DNA of 64,000 nt, taken from assembly GCA_030265395.1 (NCBI GenBank), contig JARFYF010000001.1, positions 38,042,232 through 38,106,231 on the forward strand, read 5' to 3'. The position numbers and the translations under genes were made by a program. Origin of the DNA: Rhina ancylostomus. Lineage: Eukaryota. This document shows, piece by piece, positions 11,951 through 24,989 of this stretch. The notes under the pieces were generated by a model, which saw nothing but the letters and a program-made list of their open reading frames with translations, made no database searches and was not told the origin of the DNA. Position 1 is the first letter of the stretch. The number at the start of each line of letters is the position of its first letter.

Positions 11951-12161
11951 GACACACAGATTCTGCAGGTGCTGAAATTTGGAGCAACACACACAAAATG
12001 CCGGAGGAACTCAGCAGGTCAGGCAGCATCTATGACACAAGGGTCTTAACCCGAAACATCGACTGTTTATTTCCCTCCATAGATGCTGCCTGACCTGCTG
12101 AGTTCCTCCAGCATTTTGGGTGCGTTGTTCCAGTTTACAGTACCTGCAGAATCTCCTGTGC
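11951..12161. mobile_element. Fold-back non-autonomous element built from two inverted Penelope arms
   Basis: Left arm ...ggaggaactcagcaggtcaggcagcatctatg is the reverse complement of right arm catagatgctgcctgacctgctgagttcctcc. The arms are about 80 nt each. Confidence 0.8.
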
Positions 12162-12164
12162 CTC

Positions 12165-13020
12165 CACCACTACCCTCTGATTTCTATGACCAAGCCAATT
12201 TTGTATCCAAATTACCAACTCACCATGAATCCCAACTGACTTGATCTTCTGGACCAGCCTACTATGAGGCACCTTGTCAAATGCCTTGCTTAAATCCATG
12301 TAGACTACATCCACTGCTCCAACTTCAATCGCCTTTGTTCAATCAAGCTCAATCAAATTTGTGAGACAGGACCTGCCAGACATGATGATTATGCCTAATA
12401 AATCCATGTTATTCCAAATGCAAGTAAATCCTGTTCCTAAGAACCTTGTCCAATATTTTCTATACCACAGATACAAGGTTTAGCAGCCTACAATTGCCTG
12501 GATTATCCCTGTTGCCCTTCTTAAACAAATGACCAACAGTGGTTATTCTCTAGTCTTCTGGGACCTCACCTGTGGCTAAAGAGGATTCAAAGTTCTCTGC
12601 GAAGGCCCCAGCAATCTCCTCCCCTTGCCTCTTGAGATAGATTCCACAAGCCCACGGGGACCTATGCACCTTAATGCTTTTCAATACACTCAATAGCTCC
12701 TCATTATTGACATGCTCTTGGATATCAACACAGCCCTTCTCCTTGGTGAATACTAATGTATTACTTTGCCCCCTTCCTCTGGCTCCAGGCATAAATTCCC
12801 TATTTTGTCCTTGAACGAATCTACCCTTTCTCTAGTTACCTCCTTGCTCCTAGTATACATACAAGCTGTGGCATTTGGGGAGGAAAGTTTTCTGTGTTTA
12901 TAATAGAGAGAGTGGTTGATATCTGGAACTCATTGCCAGAGGAGGTAGTGGAATCAGATACGACCACTATGCTTAAGAAATATTTAGACAGGCTCTTAAC
13001 AAGTACAGCGAAATGGATAA
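12165..13020. mobile_element. CR1 fragments: minus strand at 12165-12860 and a plus-strand 3' piece at 12870-13020
   Basis: ORF 12550..12792 (EEIAGAFAENFESSLATGEVPED) is typical CR1 ORF2 upstream of RT. The plus piece encodes RVVDIWNSLPEEVV. Confidence 0.8.
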
Positions 13021-13329
13021 ACAAACTTTAAAATAGGAGGAGAAGGGTCTGGTAAAGATGGAGTTCTAGAATTGGTGGTCAGATAGTTGAGAGCCTGCAA
13101 TGGGATAGTGAAGGGAAGCGACCTTCCACAGTGGATCTGAGTTGGAAGAGCACCAAGCGTGGGGTGGGAAGCCTCACAATTAGGAAGAATCCTTGGCTTG
13201 GAGCGATTTAAAAGCTAGAGCTCAGTAATGAGTGAGGGGAACCAACAGAAACTGGCTTTGTTGGGAATAAAAGACAAATGTACATCACTGTCGGACAACA
13301 TGTGAGCAGTAGAGTCTATACAGCATGGG

Positions 13330-13535
13330 ATAAAAACAGGAAACACTGAAACCCTCAACAGATCAGGCAGCATTTGTGGAAAGAGAAACAGCATTCATAT
13401 TCTGCAGATCATCAGAATGGCTCTAATGAAGTGCCTTAAATATTGACTCTGTTTGTCATTCCACACATACTGCCTGGCCTGCTGAGCATTTCCTTTTTTA
13501 AATTTCAGATTCAAGCATCTGCAGTATTTTATCTC
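13330..13535. mobile_element. Decayed fold-back Penelope-arm element
   Basis: caggcagcatttgtggaaagagaaacag pairs with ctgtttgtcattccacacatactgcctg. Confidence 0.65.
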
Positions 13536-15639
13536 TGATTTTATGTAGGATGCGGTTTGAGATTACTGCAAGAAGGCAAATCAAGGCTGGGTGTTTCAAA
13601 AGAAATAGGATTGAGTTAGGATGGTGAATCAAAAGTCGATGGCGATCAGCTGTACATGGCCACCATCTACTTGAAATTTGCCCCTTCATTGGTGGTAAAC
13701 GTTACGTAGAATGTTGCAATGCCAAATTACGTTGCTTCAGATGACTTACTCAGGCACAGATGAGGAGCCTATCCACGGCAATTATTGCTATATTGAGATA
13801 GGTGAATGTAGTAACCCAGGGGAATATCAGAAATGGCACTGGAGGGGGGGTTTCTTAACCGTCTCAACCCACATATACGTCAAAACAAAATATAAAAGTA
13901 CTGTGACCCCAAAACAGACAAGATATCATTGGTTATTTGAACTGGTGCATCTTGGTATCATGGGCATTAGGGAAGTCGAGTTGAAACATCAGAAATGGGC
14001 TGAGGTGCAAGGTTGTAACAAAAGATGCCTTAGATGAAAGGGTTATTAGAGATGGGGATTCTGCTGAGAAAACAGAGGTAATATGGAGTTACCTGAAAAA
14101 CAAATAAAAAGGGACATGGTGATCAACTTTAGAAAAAAATACAGCTTATTGTATTGGCAGTCAGAAGGATAATGATAAAAAGCTCGTGTGAATTACAGGT
14201 TTGTTATTGCTAGGAAAGCAATGGGATCTCACCAATAATCTGATAGAAGTACATTTTAAACAACAGAAAGTGGAAACTGATTCTGCGTTGACAACAACTA
14301 CAATGAAAAAATGTCAAAGAGACATTTACTAAGTTAGGAAATGATTAGAAATCAGACACGTATTAGAAAAAAAATATGCATTTATATTCATTTCATTAAT
14401 AATTCAATGACTAACATTTTATGGCTGGGATAATTCAGCAATGTATGAACATACTTCCAATATGGTTTTGTCAGGATAATGCAACACATCAGATTACAGT
14501 AAAGTTAATTTGACATGAAATGATCAGTCTTTCTCTTAAAAAGATGTACAGTGTGACAGATGTAAGCAATGCTTTGTTATGAGAGATAATGTGATAAGAG
14601 GATTAATTCCACATGGAATGACATATTAGGCAACATTGACACATTTGCCGTAACAAGGTTTATGCAAGTTTTTAACGACAATTTGTATCGATATAAGAGG
14701 AAGATACACGAAAAATTATATCTGAAAATGTTTGTTAACCTCGTTGTTTATTTTTTTAAGATACTACAAATACATATGTTTAACTTTAAGGAAAATATTA
14801 ATAATAACAATATTGCATTTTAAAAATGATTCAAATTTGGTACAAAGTTGATATTTGTCATTGGGTGGCATAATGTACCACTACTTTTGGATATTGAAAA
14901 CACCTCAATGTTTTTCACAATGAATTATTTCAGAAGTGGTATTGCAGGCATACTTCATAAAAGAGACAGCTTTATATAACATAAAAACAGTCAAGCTACC
15001 CATCATTTTGAGCTATTTGACACCTGGACTCTTTACTAGAATACCTGCTAGGAAAGGATGCCTACTTTGCTGGGATATTTTTAAAAAACAGCAAGTCTTT
15101 GCTAATATGAATTAAGATTAAAGAGCAACAAAAAGGGTGCCAATAGAGAATGAATTATGGGTCTTTTATAAAGACCAAAATAAAAAGGAAACCTCCATGG
15201 CCTGAACAGCCTTTACAGATGTGTTCGTCCATTTAATGTCTTTGCTCTTGAGCAGACTGAAGAATCATAAATTGTACTATATGCAAGATTTGAAGTAGTG
15301 TCCATTAAAAAGCAATATTTGTCCTAAGATAGCATGAGGATAGAATTAAAATTTTCACTGCCACAACAAACCCCATTTATATAGTATTTTTAAGATTACA
15401 CATGCCAAGGTCTTTCAGAAGAGCCTTATCAAATAAAATTGATACTACACCTCAAAAGTAGACACCATATCAATTCTTGTTTATTTTGTATCATTCCTTG
15501 TTAAAACCATGAGGAATCCTCTGCATGTCAGCTGTAAATTGTCCTGTTGGACGTGTTAGCCTCTTGTGCCATTTCATAAGCTATGAAGTGCAGCTGGCCA
15601 AAAGAGAAACTTGGAGCTAATAAATAAATAAATGAGACT

Positions 15640-16640
15640 CAAGGCCAACAAACCTGGGGCAAGAACATCCTGATGAGGAAAATGCAGATACTTTGATCAT
15701 TATTTTGAAATGCTCTTGAGATTCAGAAAATGTGTTTTTGTATTGAAAAGTTGCAAATGAAGGTCAATTATTTAAATAGGGAGCAAGTAATAACCAGATA
15801 ATGTTAGATCTACAGTATCAATTTAATAAACATTAGTTGTGGCAAAATTATTGGAGCCCACCTTCAAAATCAAGGAGGCAGGAAGGGAGTGAATGTGGAC
15901 AGAAAAGCTTTAAAATCCCAGCAAAGCGGAGGATGCACCATCCTTATTGGCATGAAGTCACCATAATTATTTTGTTGCTTTACTTGCCCAGCAGCTGGCC
16001 AAACTGAAAGAATGGCTGACATCTGGGAAGAAACACAAGTGGCAGGAGGACGCAGTTCCTGGGGAAAGGCCAGTAACAAGGGATAGGTGGGAGAGAGTGG
16101 CCACATTAATAGAATCAGAAGAAAAGATTAATGCAAAAGGTTATTGTCAAAAACAAAAGTACATGAAATTCTAAGTCATCTGTAATGTGGATTGGTTGGG
16201 AAGCAGGAGAAAGAATAGAGATAAAGGGTTTTTCCCAATTGGCTGGATGTGGCAAGTGCTATACCCCAGGGATTTGCACTAGATCCCAAGCTTTTCACCA
16301 TTTATATCAATGATTTGCATGAGGAGTAGAGAGTTGTAGATCCATGTCTGCAGATGACATAAAGACAAAAAGCTGAGTACACAGAGCCATTGGGAGAGCT
16401 GAAAACTAAAGTCACAGACTGAGTGAGTAGACATAGTTGTGGCAGGTGGAGTTCATTGTGTTGACGTCAGAGGTCATGCACTTCTGATAAAAGAAATGCA
16501 AAATGGAATATTCTCCAATGGAAAGAGATGAGAGGCAGAAAAAGGATTTCAGTTTTCTCATACCTTAATCACCAAAATTCCACAGTACAGTTAAAAACTG
16601 TGATCAGAAAGGTATTGAAACACCAAGCACTGTCTAAATG
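15640..16640 (+). mobile_element. Old CR1 RT fragments with unrelated sequence at about 15880-16110
   Basis: gctataccccagggatttgcactagatcccaagcttttcaccatttatatcaatgattt (GxPQG..L.PqLFtIyINDL) and gcagatgacataaag (ADDxK). Confidence 0.6.
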
Positions 16641-18384
16641 AGGTGGGGATTCAAAAAAAAAACGAGGGAGTGAGCTTAGGCCAATCCTCAAACAGCCCTA
16701 TTCTGATGTCTAACCCAGGACTCATCCGATTTGAGCCTCATTAACTTTTCATTTCTTCTTGTCACACAGTGTTTGATCTGCTGATTAGATGTTTGTATCT
16801 GAAGCCATGGAACAACCCAAATTTCACATTTGCCCCATTAAACCATAAAATTGAGCAACAAACTCTAGCTTGTACACAAGTATAACGTTAAATGGATATG
16901 TGACAGATACATTTTTAATTAAAACTATCCATATCATTCCACCTTATATGAAATAGTCAAATAAAAAATAGACAGTAGATAACTCAACAAGCAGTTATAA
17001 TACACTGATTTATGTTTTTAATGTCCTCTTCAAAATAAGCGCTGCAGAATTATACTGTAAGAAGAACTTAGACTGCATTTCAAATACTGCTGTTGTTGCC
17101 ACACTGGTCGATCTATCTAAAATGAGACATTTATCATATTATGAGAGTACTGAACTGCATTTATAAACCACGCTACCAGAAATAGCTCTTGTCACGCTAT
17201 AATTAAATTGTTGAAATGTGTCCAAATCTCTGGAAGTGGATATGCCTGGCATAAATGCATGCAGGATAATATGGGTCTGTAGCAGATTGATATGGCTGGC
17301 ACAGTTTATTAAAATAATATGAGTTCATTTATAAATATTGTTAATTACTGAAGTTTAAACACTATTGATAGAATAAATTTATACAATTCAAAACTTCTAT
17401 CATTAGACTCATGACAAACTTAGAAAAATGTTTTGAACACCAAAACATTAAGTAAACTTCAGAACTGCATATTCTTAAGTATCTTCTAACAACAAAGAAT
17501 TGACCTATTGATGGGGTTCCCCTCAATTACATCAAGTTGAATGCAGCACATACATCACCAACAATCTTTCTCTTGTGTTTAAACAATGAGTAACATTCAT
17601 TTCTTGGTTCTCATGATTTGGGTGAAATAATGTCTCCACCCAACCCCCACAAACCATCTACTCAGTAGAGATGGAGATAGGCAATAAATGGCGGTAATCC
17701 ATATTCTGAGAATGGTTTGATAAATGTCTGCCCTCTGGGGTGGCAGTCTTATTATTCATACCTTTGTCCAAACTCTCCTCTTTGATATAAGCTGTTCTAA
17801 GCAAGTTAAAGTAGTACAAAAGATNNNNNNNNNNNNNNNNNNNNNNNNTAATGAGTGGAGTGAGGTCTGTATCTCTAATAAGTGTAGGTCCACAGTAGAC
17901 TTCACAATACTCAAGGTGTTTGGGGAGCTTGAGGGAAGGAGAGGAAATGCAAAGGGATGGGTGGTTTCCAATTTCCCTCTTCACTTTGTTCTCTGCATTT
18001 CAGTGGGATCTGCAAAGAAAACCTAGCAATGTTTATCCCAACATCCTTTACCATGATCTACAGATTCTATACTGATATACTACCAGCTTAATGCAAAGAG
18101 CAATTGTAATAATCAACATTGTCCAAATTATGACAATAAATATACCACTAAAAGTCTAGTTTTTGAATATATTCATAACGTCAGTGCTCAAACGAATATT
18201 GTCCTCCCTTGTACTTCCCTGCAGTCATTTGACTGAACTGATATCAACAGACCTAACACTGGGAGCAGATTATATCTGATAGGCAATACTCTTGCACTCA
18301 CTTAATGCTGGTCACAAACAACGAACTTCTGCCATGGTGGTTAGCTTTGGAGGTTTTAAGATTAAGAAAAGTTCATATAATTAC

Positions 18385-18578
18385 CCTTTACATCAGGACT
18401 CAGATCGTTCCGTCTTTCACTGAGAATGAAGTTAATCTCTTCCTCGTGTGGAATGGGTTTAGCTGTAATCTCTGTTGGTGTGTCAGTGGTTCCTGCAATG
18501 ACCATTCCCTCCCAAGGTAAGAAGAATATAACTCGGCCATCACTCGTTGCTGGATCCAGCAGTCCCATTGCTTCAGGG
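18385..18578 (-). CDS. GPD2: GPD2 exon 9, 194 nt: PEAMGLLDPATSDGRVIFFLPWEGMVIAGTTDTPTEITAKPIPHEEEINFILSERRNDLSPDVK(V)
   Basis: Overlaps ORF 18362..18568. Acceptor ttgtag|C, donor G|gtaatt. Confidence 0.97.
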
Positions 18579-18926
18579 CTACAAGGGCAAAAGTGGAGGT
18601 TATTTTCAATATAGGGCTAATTCTAAGTCAATAATTCACTAAAGTGTAAGAAAATTTTGATTTCATATTGGATGATCTTTAAGAGGACAATTGTTATTCA
18701 TTATTTCGTGATGATGTTATAATTGCACATTTTCAGTTCACAAACAGAACAAAAAAAAAATCTAAAATTGTATGGCAACCTGTAGCAGGTGGATTGGTTA
18801 GAAAATCTATGATTTATTGCCTAATGTACAAGCATTGCCTTTTAATAAAATGAATCATATGGAATAAGTCCTGCAATGAAGGCCAACATACTATTTTCAA
18901 ATGGGGTTGTAAATTTATTTTATTAC

Positions 18927-19071
18927 CTATAATAGCCAGGCAAGACAACATGTACACCAGCGCTAGCCTGACAAATCTTCCCAACTCCTTTATCGTCCAT
19001 TTCACGCAATGTATCTGTGAAAGGTCCTGTAGCGTTGATAACACATTTGGCCCTCACTTGAAACAATTCCC
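18927..19071 (-). CDS. GPD2: GPD2 exon 8, 145 nt: (G)ELFQVRAKCVINATGPFTDTLREMDDKGVGKICQASAGVHVVLPGYY(S)
   Basis: Lies within ORF 18923..19138. Acceptor ttcatag|GG, donor AG|gtaata. Confidence 0.97.
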
Positions 19072-19299
19072 CTATGAAAGAAAACAACACTGATAAGGCA
19101 GCCCAACCAATAGTTCTAGGGTGAGTAAAAGTGTACAAAATAATTTAAGAACAAATCTTGAAAGGATAGCTGCTACATAATGTATTTTTGCTTTGAAAAA
19201 TATATAGAATTAAAATTGCTACACAAATATTACAAAAAGTTTGATGATTTTTATGCAAATCATATAACAGAAAAAATGAAAATTCCACATGCAACTGGC

Positions 19300-21150
19300 T
19301 TTTAAAATTCCTGTGAAGTCACATCAGTTCTCTGGGATCATGAGGACTTCATCCCAAGATCTCAAAAGAGGTGGCTACTGAGATGGTTGATACACTGGTT
19401 TTAATTTTCCCATGTCCCCTTGATTTACTGTGGGTCTATTAGATTGAAAATAGAATAGATTACTCCTTTACTCAAAGGGGGAGGGAGACAGAAAGCAGTA
19501 ATGGTCAGCACAGATATGGTGAGCCAAAGAGCATGTTTCTGTGATGTTTGATTCAAAAAGTGTAGGCCAGTTAACCTACTATCTGTATGGGGAAACATTA
19601 GAAGTTACAGCAAGACACTTCAGAAAAAAAAAATCAAGGTAATCAGGCAAAGGGAAATTGTATTCGACCAAATTAATGCAGTTCTTTCAAATAACATGTG
19701 CTTTGACTAAAAGGGGAACCAATGAATATGTTTTAATTTCCAGAAGGCATTAGATGAAGTGCCACAAGTTATTGTGGACAATAAAAGCTGTAGGAGGTAA
19801 CACAATGGCATGGATAGAAGACTGGGTGGCTAACAGGACGCAGAAAATAGGCATAAATGGTTCTTTTCCTAGTTGGTAAAATGAAATGGGTGGTGTCCCA
19901 CTAGGGCTGGTACTGGTACTATATTTTATAATTCATATAAATGACTTTGATGAAGGTACAAACAGATTGGTTATTAAATTTGCTGATGGCAGAAAAATAG
20001 GTGGTTGCAAAGAAAGTGCAAGAAGACTCAAAGAGATAAGACAAACAAGGGGCAATGATCTGGCAAAACAGGGTATAATGAGGGAAATTATACCAAATGG
20101 GTCCAATTTGGTAAGAAACATAAAAAGCATTATCTAATTGATGAGAGATCCCAGAACTCTGACATGCAAAGCAATCAAGGTGTCCAAGTAAATGAATTGC
20201 AAAAGGTTGGAGTGAGAATACACCANNNNNNNNNNNNNNNNNNNNNNNNNNNNNNNNNNNNNNNNNNNNNNNNNNNNNNNNNNNNNNNNNNNNNNNNNNN
20301 NNNNNNNNNNNNNNNNNNNNNNNNNNNNNNNNNNNNNNNNNNNNNNNNNNNNNNNNNNNNNNNNNNNNNNNNNNNNNNNNNNNNNNNNNNNNNNNNNNNN
20401 NNNNNNNNNNNNNNNNNNNNNNNNNNNNNNNNNNNNNNNNNNNNNNNNNNNNNNNNNNNNNNNNNNNNNNNNNNNNNNNNNNNNNNNNNNNNNNNNNNNN
20501 NNNNNNNNNNNNNNNNNNNNNNNNNNNNNNNNNNNNNNNNNNNNNNNNNNNNNNNNNNNNNNNNNNNNNNNNNNNNNNNNNNNNNNNNNNNNNNNNNNNN
20601 NNNNNNNNNNNNNNNNNNNNNNNNNNNNNNNNNNNNNNNNNNNNNNNNNNNNNNNNNNNNNNNNNNNNNNNNNNNNNNNNNNNNNNNNNNNNNNNNNNNN
20701 NNNNNNNNNNNNNNNNNNNNNNNNNNNNNNNNNNNNNNNNNNNNNNNNNNNNNNNNNNNNNNNNNNNNNNNNNNNNNNNNNNNNNNNNNNNNNNNNNNNN
20801 NNNNNNNNNNNNNNNNNNNNNNNNNNNNNNNNNNNNNNNNNNNNNNNNNNNNNNNNNNNNNNNNNNNNNNNNNNNNNNNNNNNNNNNNNNNNNNNNNNNN
20901 NNNNNNNNNNNNNNNNNNNNNNNNNNNNNNNNNNNNNNNNNNNNNNNNNNNNNNNNNNNNNNNNNNNNNNNNNNNNNNNNNNNNNNNNNNNNNNNNNNNN
21001 NNNNNNNNNNNNNNNNNNNNNNNACAGGAGAGTTCAGGTGGGTTATGGACTGGGTGCAGGAAAATGGGACCAGCAGAATAATGTTTCGGCACAGACTAGA
21101 AGGGCCGAATGGCCTGTTTTCTGTGCTGTAGTGTTCTATGGTTCTATGGA
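19300..21150 (+). mobile_element. CR1 RT fragment (19300-20225) and a CR1 3' end (21024-21150) flanking an N gap of about 800 nt
   Basis: ORF 19886..20137 reads GVPLGLVL...INDFDEGTNRLVIKFADGRKIGG. The 3' end has gggccgaatggcctgttttctgtgctgta and a (gttctatg)2 tail. Confidence 0.8.
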
Positions 21151-21899
21151 ATTGACATGGAGTCTGGCAATGGCGCACGAACTTGCCAAATTCCCCAACA
21201 GTCATGTTGTGGGAGAAGGCTAAATTTCAACTTATTTACATTTTGGAAGTTGATTAATTACTTAAAATTAAGTGATTTAATTTGCTTTTAATTTTTAATA
21301 ATTGTTTGAAAACATGAAATGTTCCCAACAGTTATAAGGGCCCAGCCTCTTTGTCACACAAGGTCCTGTCAAGACAGCTCTCACCAAAACATGCCTTCTG
21401 AGGATGCCCTGATATTGACAAGTCGCTGTGCATTATAGGTGAGCCAGGATGACTCAGCACTAGTGGCAAGTTCTGACTCAATATTTTATCATTCCTCAAA
21501 CTACAGATGAACAAGCTGCATATGCTGTAGACAAGCGAGTTTAGTGTGTTACTGAACAGTTTTATTGTGTTTGGGAACCTGGGTAAATTGGCAGGCCTTC
21601 ACTGAAATTCGAATCCCCACACCAAGGATCCTGACTAATGTGAAAGGTCAATGAGTCACCTGGGAAGTTCAACGAGATAATTTGGTGAATTCAATTTGTG
21701 TGGCTGGCTAAAAAAAAAGATAACAGTTGCTTGACGGGAAATGCCAATCTCGGGTTAATCAGCTGACAACACAACAAGACTTTGCTTTTCCACTGCTGAC
21801 AAATTGACTGCATATGGGCATGGGTGAGTTTTCTGGCTCAACTTTCACCTTTTGCTGTTCTCTTCTTTGTTTGTGAGGTGCAGGCAATTCTAACAAAGG

Positions 21900-22090
21900 A
21901 AACAAAATGCAGAGGATGCTGGAAATCTGAAATAATGACAGAAAATCCTTTAAATAGCACTTAATATTTTGGGTCACTGAACTTTCATTCATCAGAACAG
22001 ATACAAAGCCACTGACTTGATACATTAACTGTACTTCTCTCTCCTTTGATACTGCTTGATATGAGTACTTGCACCATTTCTTGTCTTTAC
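21900..22090. mobile_element. Decayed fold-back Penelope-arm element
   Basis: gatgctggaaatctgaaataa...ttcatcagaac...cattaactgt...gatactgcttgatatgagtact. Confidence 0.55.
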
Positions 22091-22609
22091 TTCCCTGAGA
22101 CATGATGATTGAGAGCATGAGGTGACCTAGAGGAAGCAAAGAATGAAGGGAAGTATTTTGATGTTTGAGTAGGATGGCCCAGGGAACTACTGCAATGATT
22201 GTGCTCCCAAGGTGCTGTGAAGAATGGAGTTCTAGGATTCTGACACAGTGCCAAAGAAGGAACAATAGCAAACGTACAAGTCAGGAAGCTATGCTTTTCC
22301 ACTGACGTTAATGCTCTTGCTTTGTTCTCAGAGATTGCCCTGAAGGGCTGTGCTGTCAAAATAAACTGGTTCAGGGGCGACTGAATGTAAAATGCACACT
22401 ACAGCCACAAAACGTCCACGCTGAAGGAAGCAGATATCAAGTCCAGTGGCTGTAGTTTCCGTTGTGGAAGCTTCTCAGTATCAGCTTATGTTTAACTTTC
22501 CAGGCTTTGCTACTACTCCTCCCATTAGGCAAATGGGGACCATGAGATCAAACACATGGCAGTGGCCTTGTAGAGGGTGACTTGCAGAGACTTTCTTCAC
22601 TCTTTCAAT

Positions 22610-23015
22610 TGGTTCCAATGTGCAGGATTGAAAGAGGCTGCAGGCGGTTGTAGACTCAGCCAGTTCTATCACGGGCACAACCCTCCCCGCCATNNNNNNN
22701 NNNNNNNNNNNNNNNNNCGGGCACAACCCTCCCCGCCATCTAGGACATCTTCACTACCCAGGACATACCCTCTTCATGTTACTACCATGAGGGAGGAGAT
22801 ACAGGAGCCTGAAGACCCACATACCACATTTCAGGAATGGCTTCTTCCCCTCCACCATCAAATTCTGAATAGTCCATGAACACTACATCTTCAATCTTCT
22901 TCTGCACTATTTACCTATTTTTGTAACTTATAGTAACTTTTAGGTCTTGCACCATACTGCTGCTGCAAAACAAAACATTTCATGACATATGTCAGTGATA
23001 ATAAACCTGACTCTG
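22610..23015 (+). mobile_element. Rex1/Babar-type LINE 3' end
   Basis: Encodes LLP*GRRYRSLKTHIPHFRNGFFPSTIKILN, like the Rex1 C-terminus, and ends in aataaacctgactctg. Confidence 0.75.
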
Positions 23016-24989
23016 TAACAAACTCAGCAGCTCATTCAGAACCAGACTACATCTTGGTCACACACCATTGGGTAATCTTGTCAACTTCACCAGCGGCATA
23101 GCCAAATTCACAGCTATGTCATCAAACCCACAGGTGAAATAATTCCTGATTAGTTGCAATAAGCAAACCACATGGACTTTAAGCAGAGTATAAAGTTGTA
23201 AATCTGGTCAGAGAGGAAATTCGGTGCTGAGAGAGAGAGAGGAGGTTGCCTACAACAGTTAAAGCAATTTCATAGACTCAATGCATTATGGAAAATTCAT
23301 GGCACAGTAAGCTACTTAAGCCTACCTTGTTTGTGTTAACTTGAAGCAGTAATCATTTGAAATGTTCCCCAGTGTAACGGGTGCACTTAATATAAAAACT
23401 GTTAAAGCTGACTTAAGTGAAATGGCAGACTAGGTTATGTATATAACTGCAGATTGTGGGAGTGTGTTGCCAATGAGAAAATTCTAGTGACTGTGTCTGC
23501 AGTAGAAGTCTCTACCTTGAATCTCTCCATCTCACAGTCTTTGAGATGAAATGTAGGTTGGAGATATCCCAACATGGTTTTTAAGTAACATGTTCCAAAC
23601 TTTGGTGACAGCTCATAGAAAGGTAGAAAACCAGAATAAAATTTGTGTGCCTGATAATATCTGGTAATGGGAACACCGGAGACATAGAGGAGGAGGATCT
23701 GTAACAAACAATCCTCACCAACAGGTGCAATGTACTAGTTATCTGAGGATATGGATAGCAATGGCTGAAATCCTGATCATGGTACCTGGGAGCATGAAGT
23801 GATGTAGAGGAAGGAAAGAATGAAGGAAGCATTTTGATGTTTGGGCAGGATCCACAATGGGGGGGGGGGGGAAGAGCCCATTGGTTAAGGATGAAATTAT
23901 CAATGATTAAAAAAAAACCAATGCAATGGAAGCCTTATACATGGAAATAANNNNNNNNNNNNNNNNNNNNNNNNNNNNNNNNNNNNNNNNNNNNNNNNNN
24001 NNNNNNNNNNNNNNNNNNNNNNNNNNNNNNNNNNNNNNNNNNNNNNNNNNNNNNNNNNNNNNNNNNNNNNNNNNNNNNNNNNNNNNNNNNNNNNNNNNNN
24101 NNNNNNNNNNNNNNNNNNNNNNNNNNNNNNNNNNNNNNNNNNNNNNNNNNNNNNNNNNNNNNNNNNNNNNNNNNNNNNNNNNNNNNNNNNNNAATGGAAG
24201 CCTTAGACATGGAAATAAGAAATGACTGGACTCTAGTGACAGTTGTATCCAGGTCCCTTGGTTGCAACAATGAAAAGGCCAAGTACACAACTACATAATT
24301 TAGACAAGCATGAAGCAAGGACAGATTTCAATTCGGAATTTTAACCTTCAGATAGATTAAGTAGACTACTTCTTTGCTGAAAAGGCAGAAAATGTCACAT
24401 GGCAAAAAGGTAATAAAGTTCTGGTGAAAAGGTCATTAACCCTGTTTCTTTCACCATAGATGTTACCTGACCTGCTGAATCCCTCGAACATGTTTTTCTG
24501 AAGTGTGGTCAGGATACTTGGTGCTAGAGCCTGCAAATCTTTTTGAATGGGGCATATTAGTGATGCATTGGTATTTAACTACCAGTGGCAATGTTTATAT
24601 CCAACTATTGTTTGAATGGTTGATACACAAACAATTACAAATATTCTTGATTCAGAGAATACATGCACGTATTGAGAAAGATTGTCTGCAATAATCTGGT
24701 AAAATCTGTTAACAGATGAAGCAAAAGAGTAAATGAAAAAACTGCCAAAAAAAAATCCTGACAGACAAGAACCAGAAGGAATAAAGTAAGACTAAAGAAA
24801 AAGCAAAGAAAGGCAAAATCCATCATAGATCCAAACAACCTAGGCAATTATAATCATCACTAAAAAGTAACCAAAAACTTAGTAGAGGTTACGAAAGAGA
24901 CATATGAAAAAAAAACTTTTATAAGATATCAAAATCAACACAATCTCCTTCTACAATTTCATGTAAAACAAAATGGAGATGATCAGTAA

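Noticed and set aside
19919-21205. Long ORFs of 305-428 aa in the ORF track
   Set aside because: They are open only because they run through an N gap of about 800 nt. The flanks are CR1 debris.
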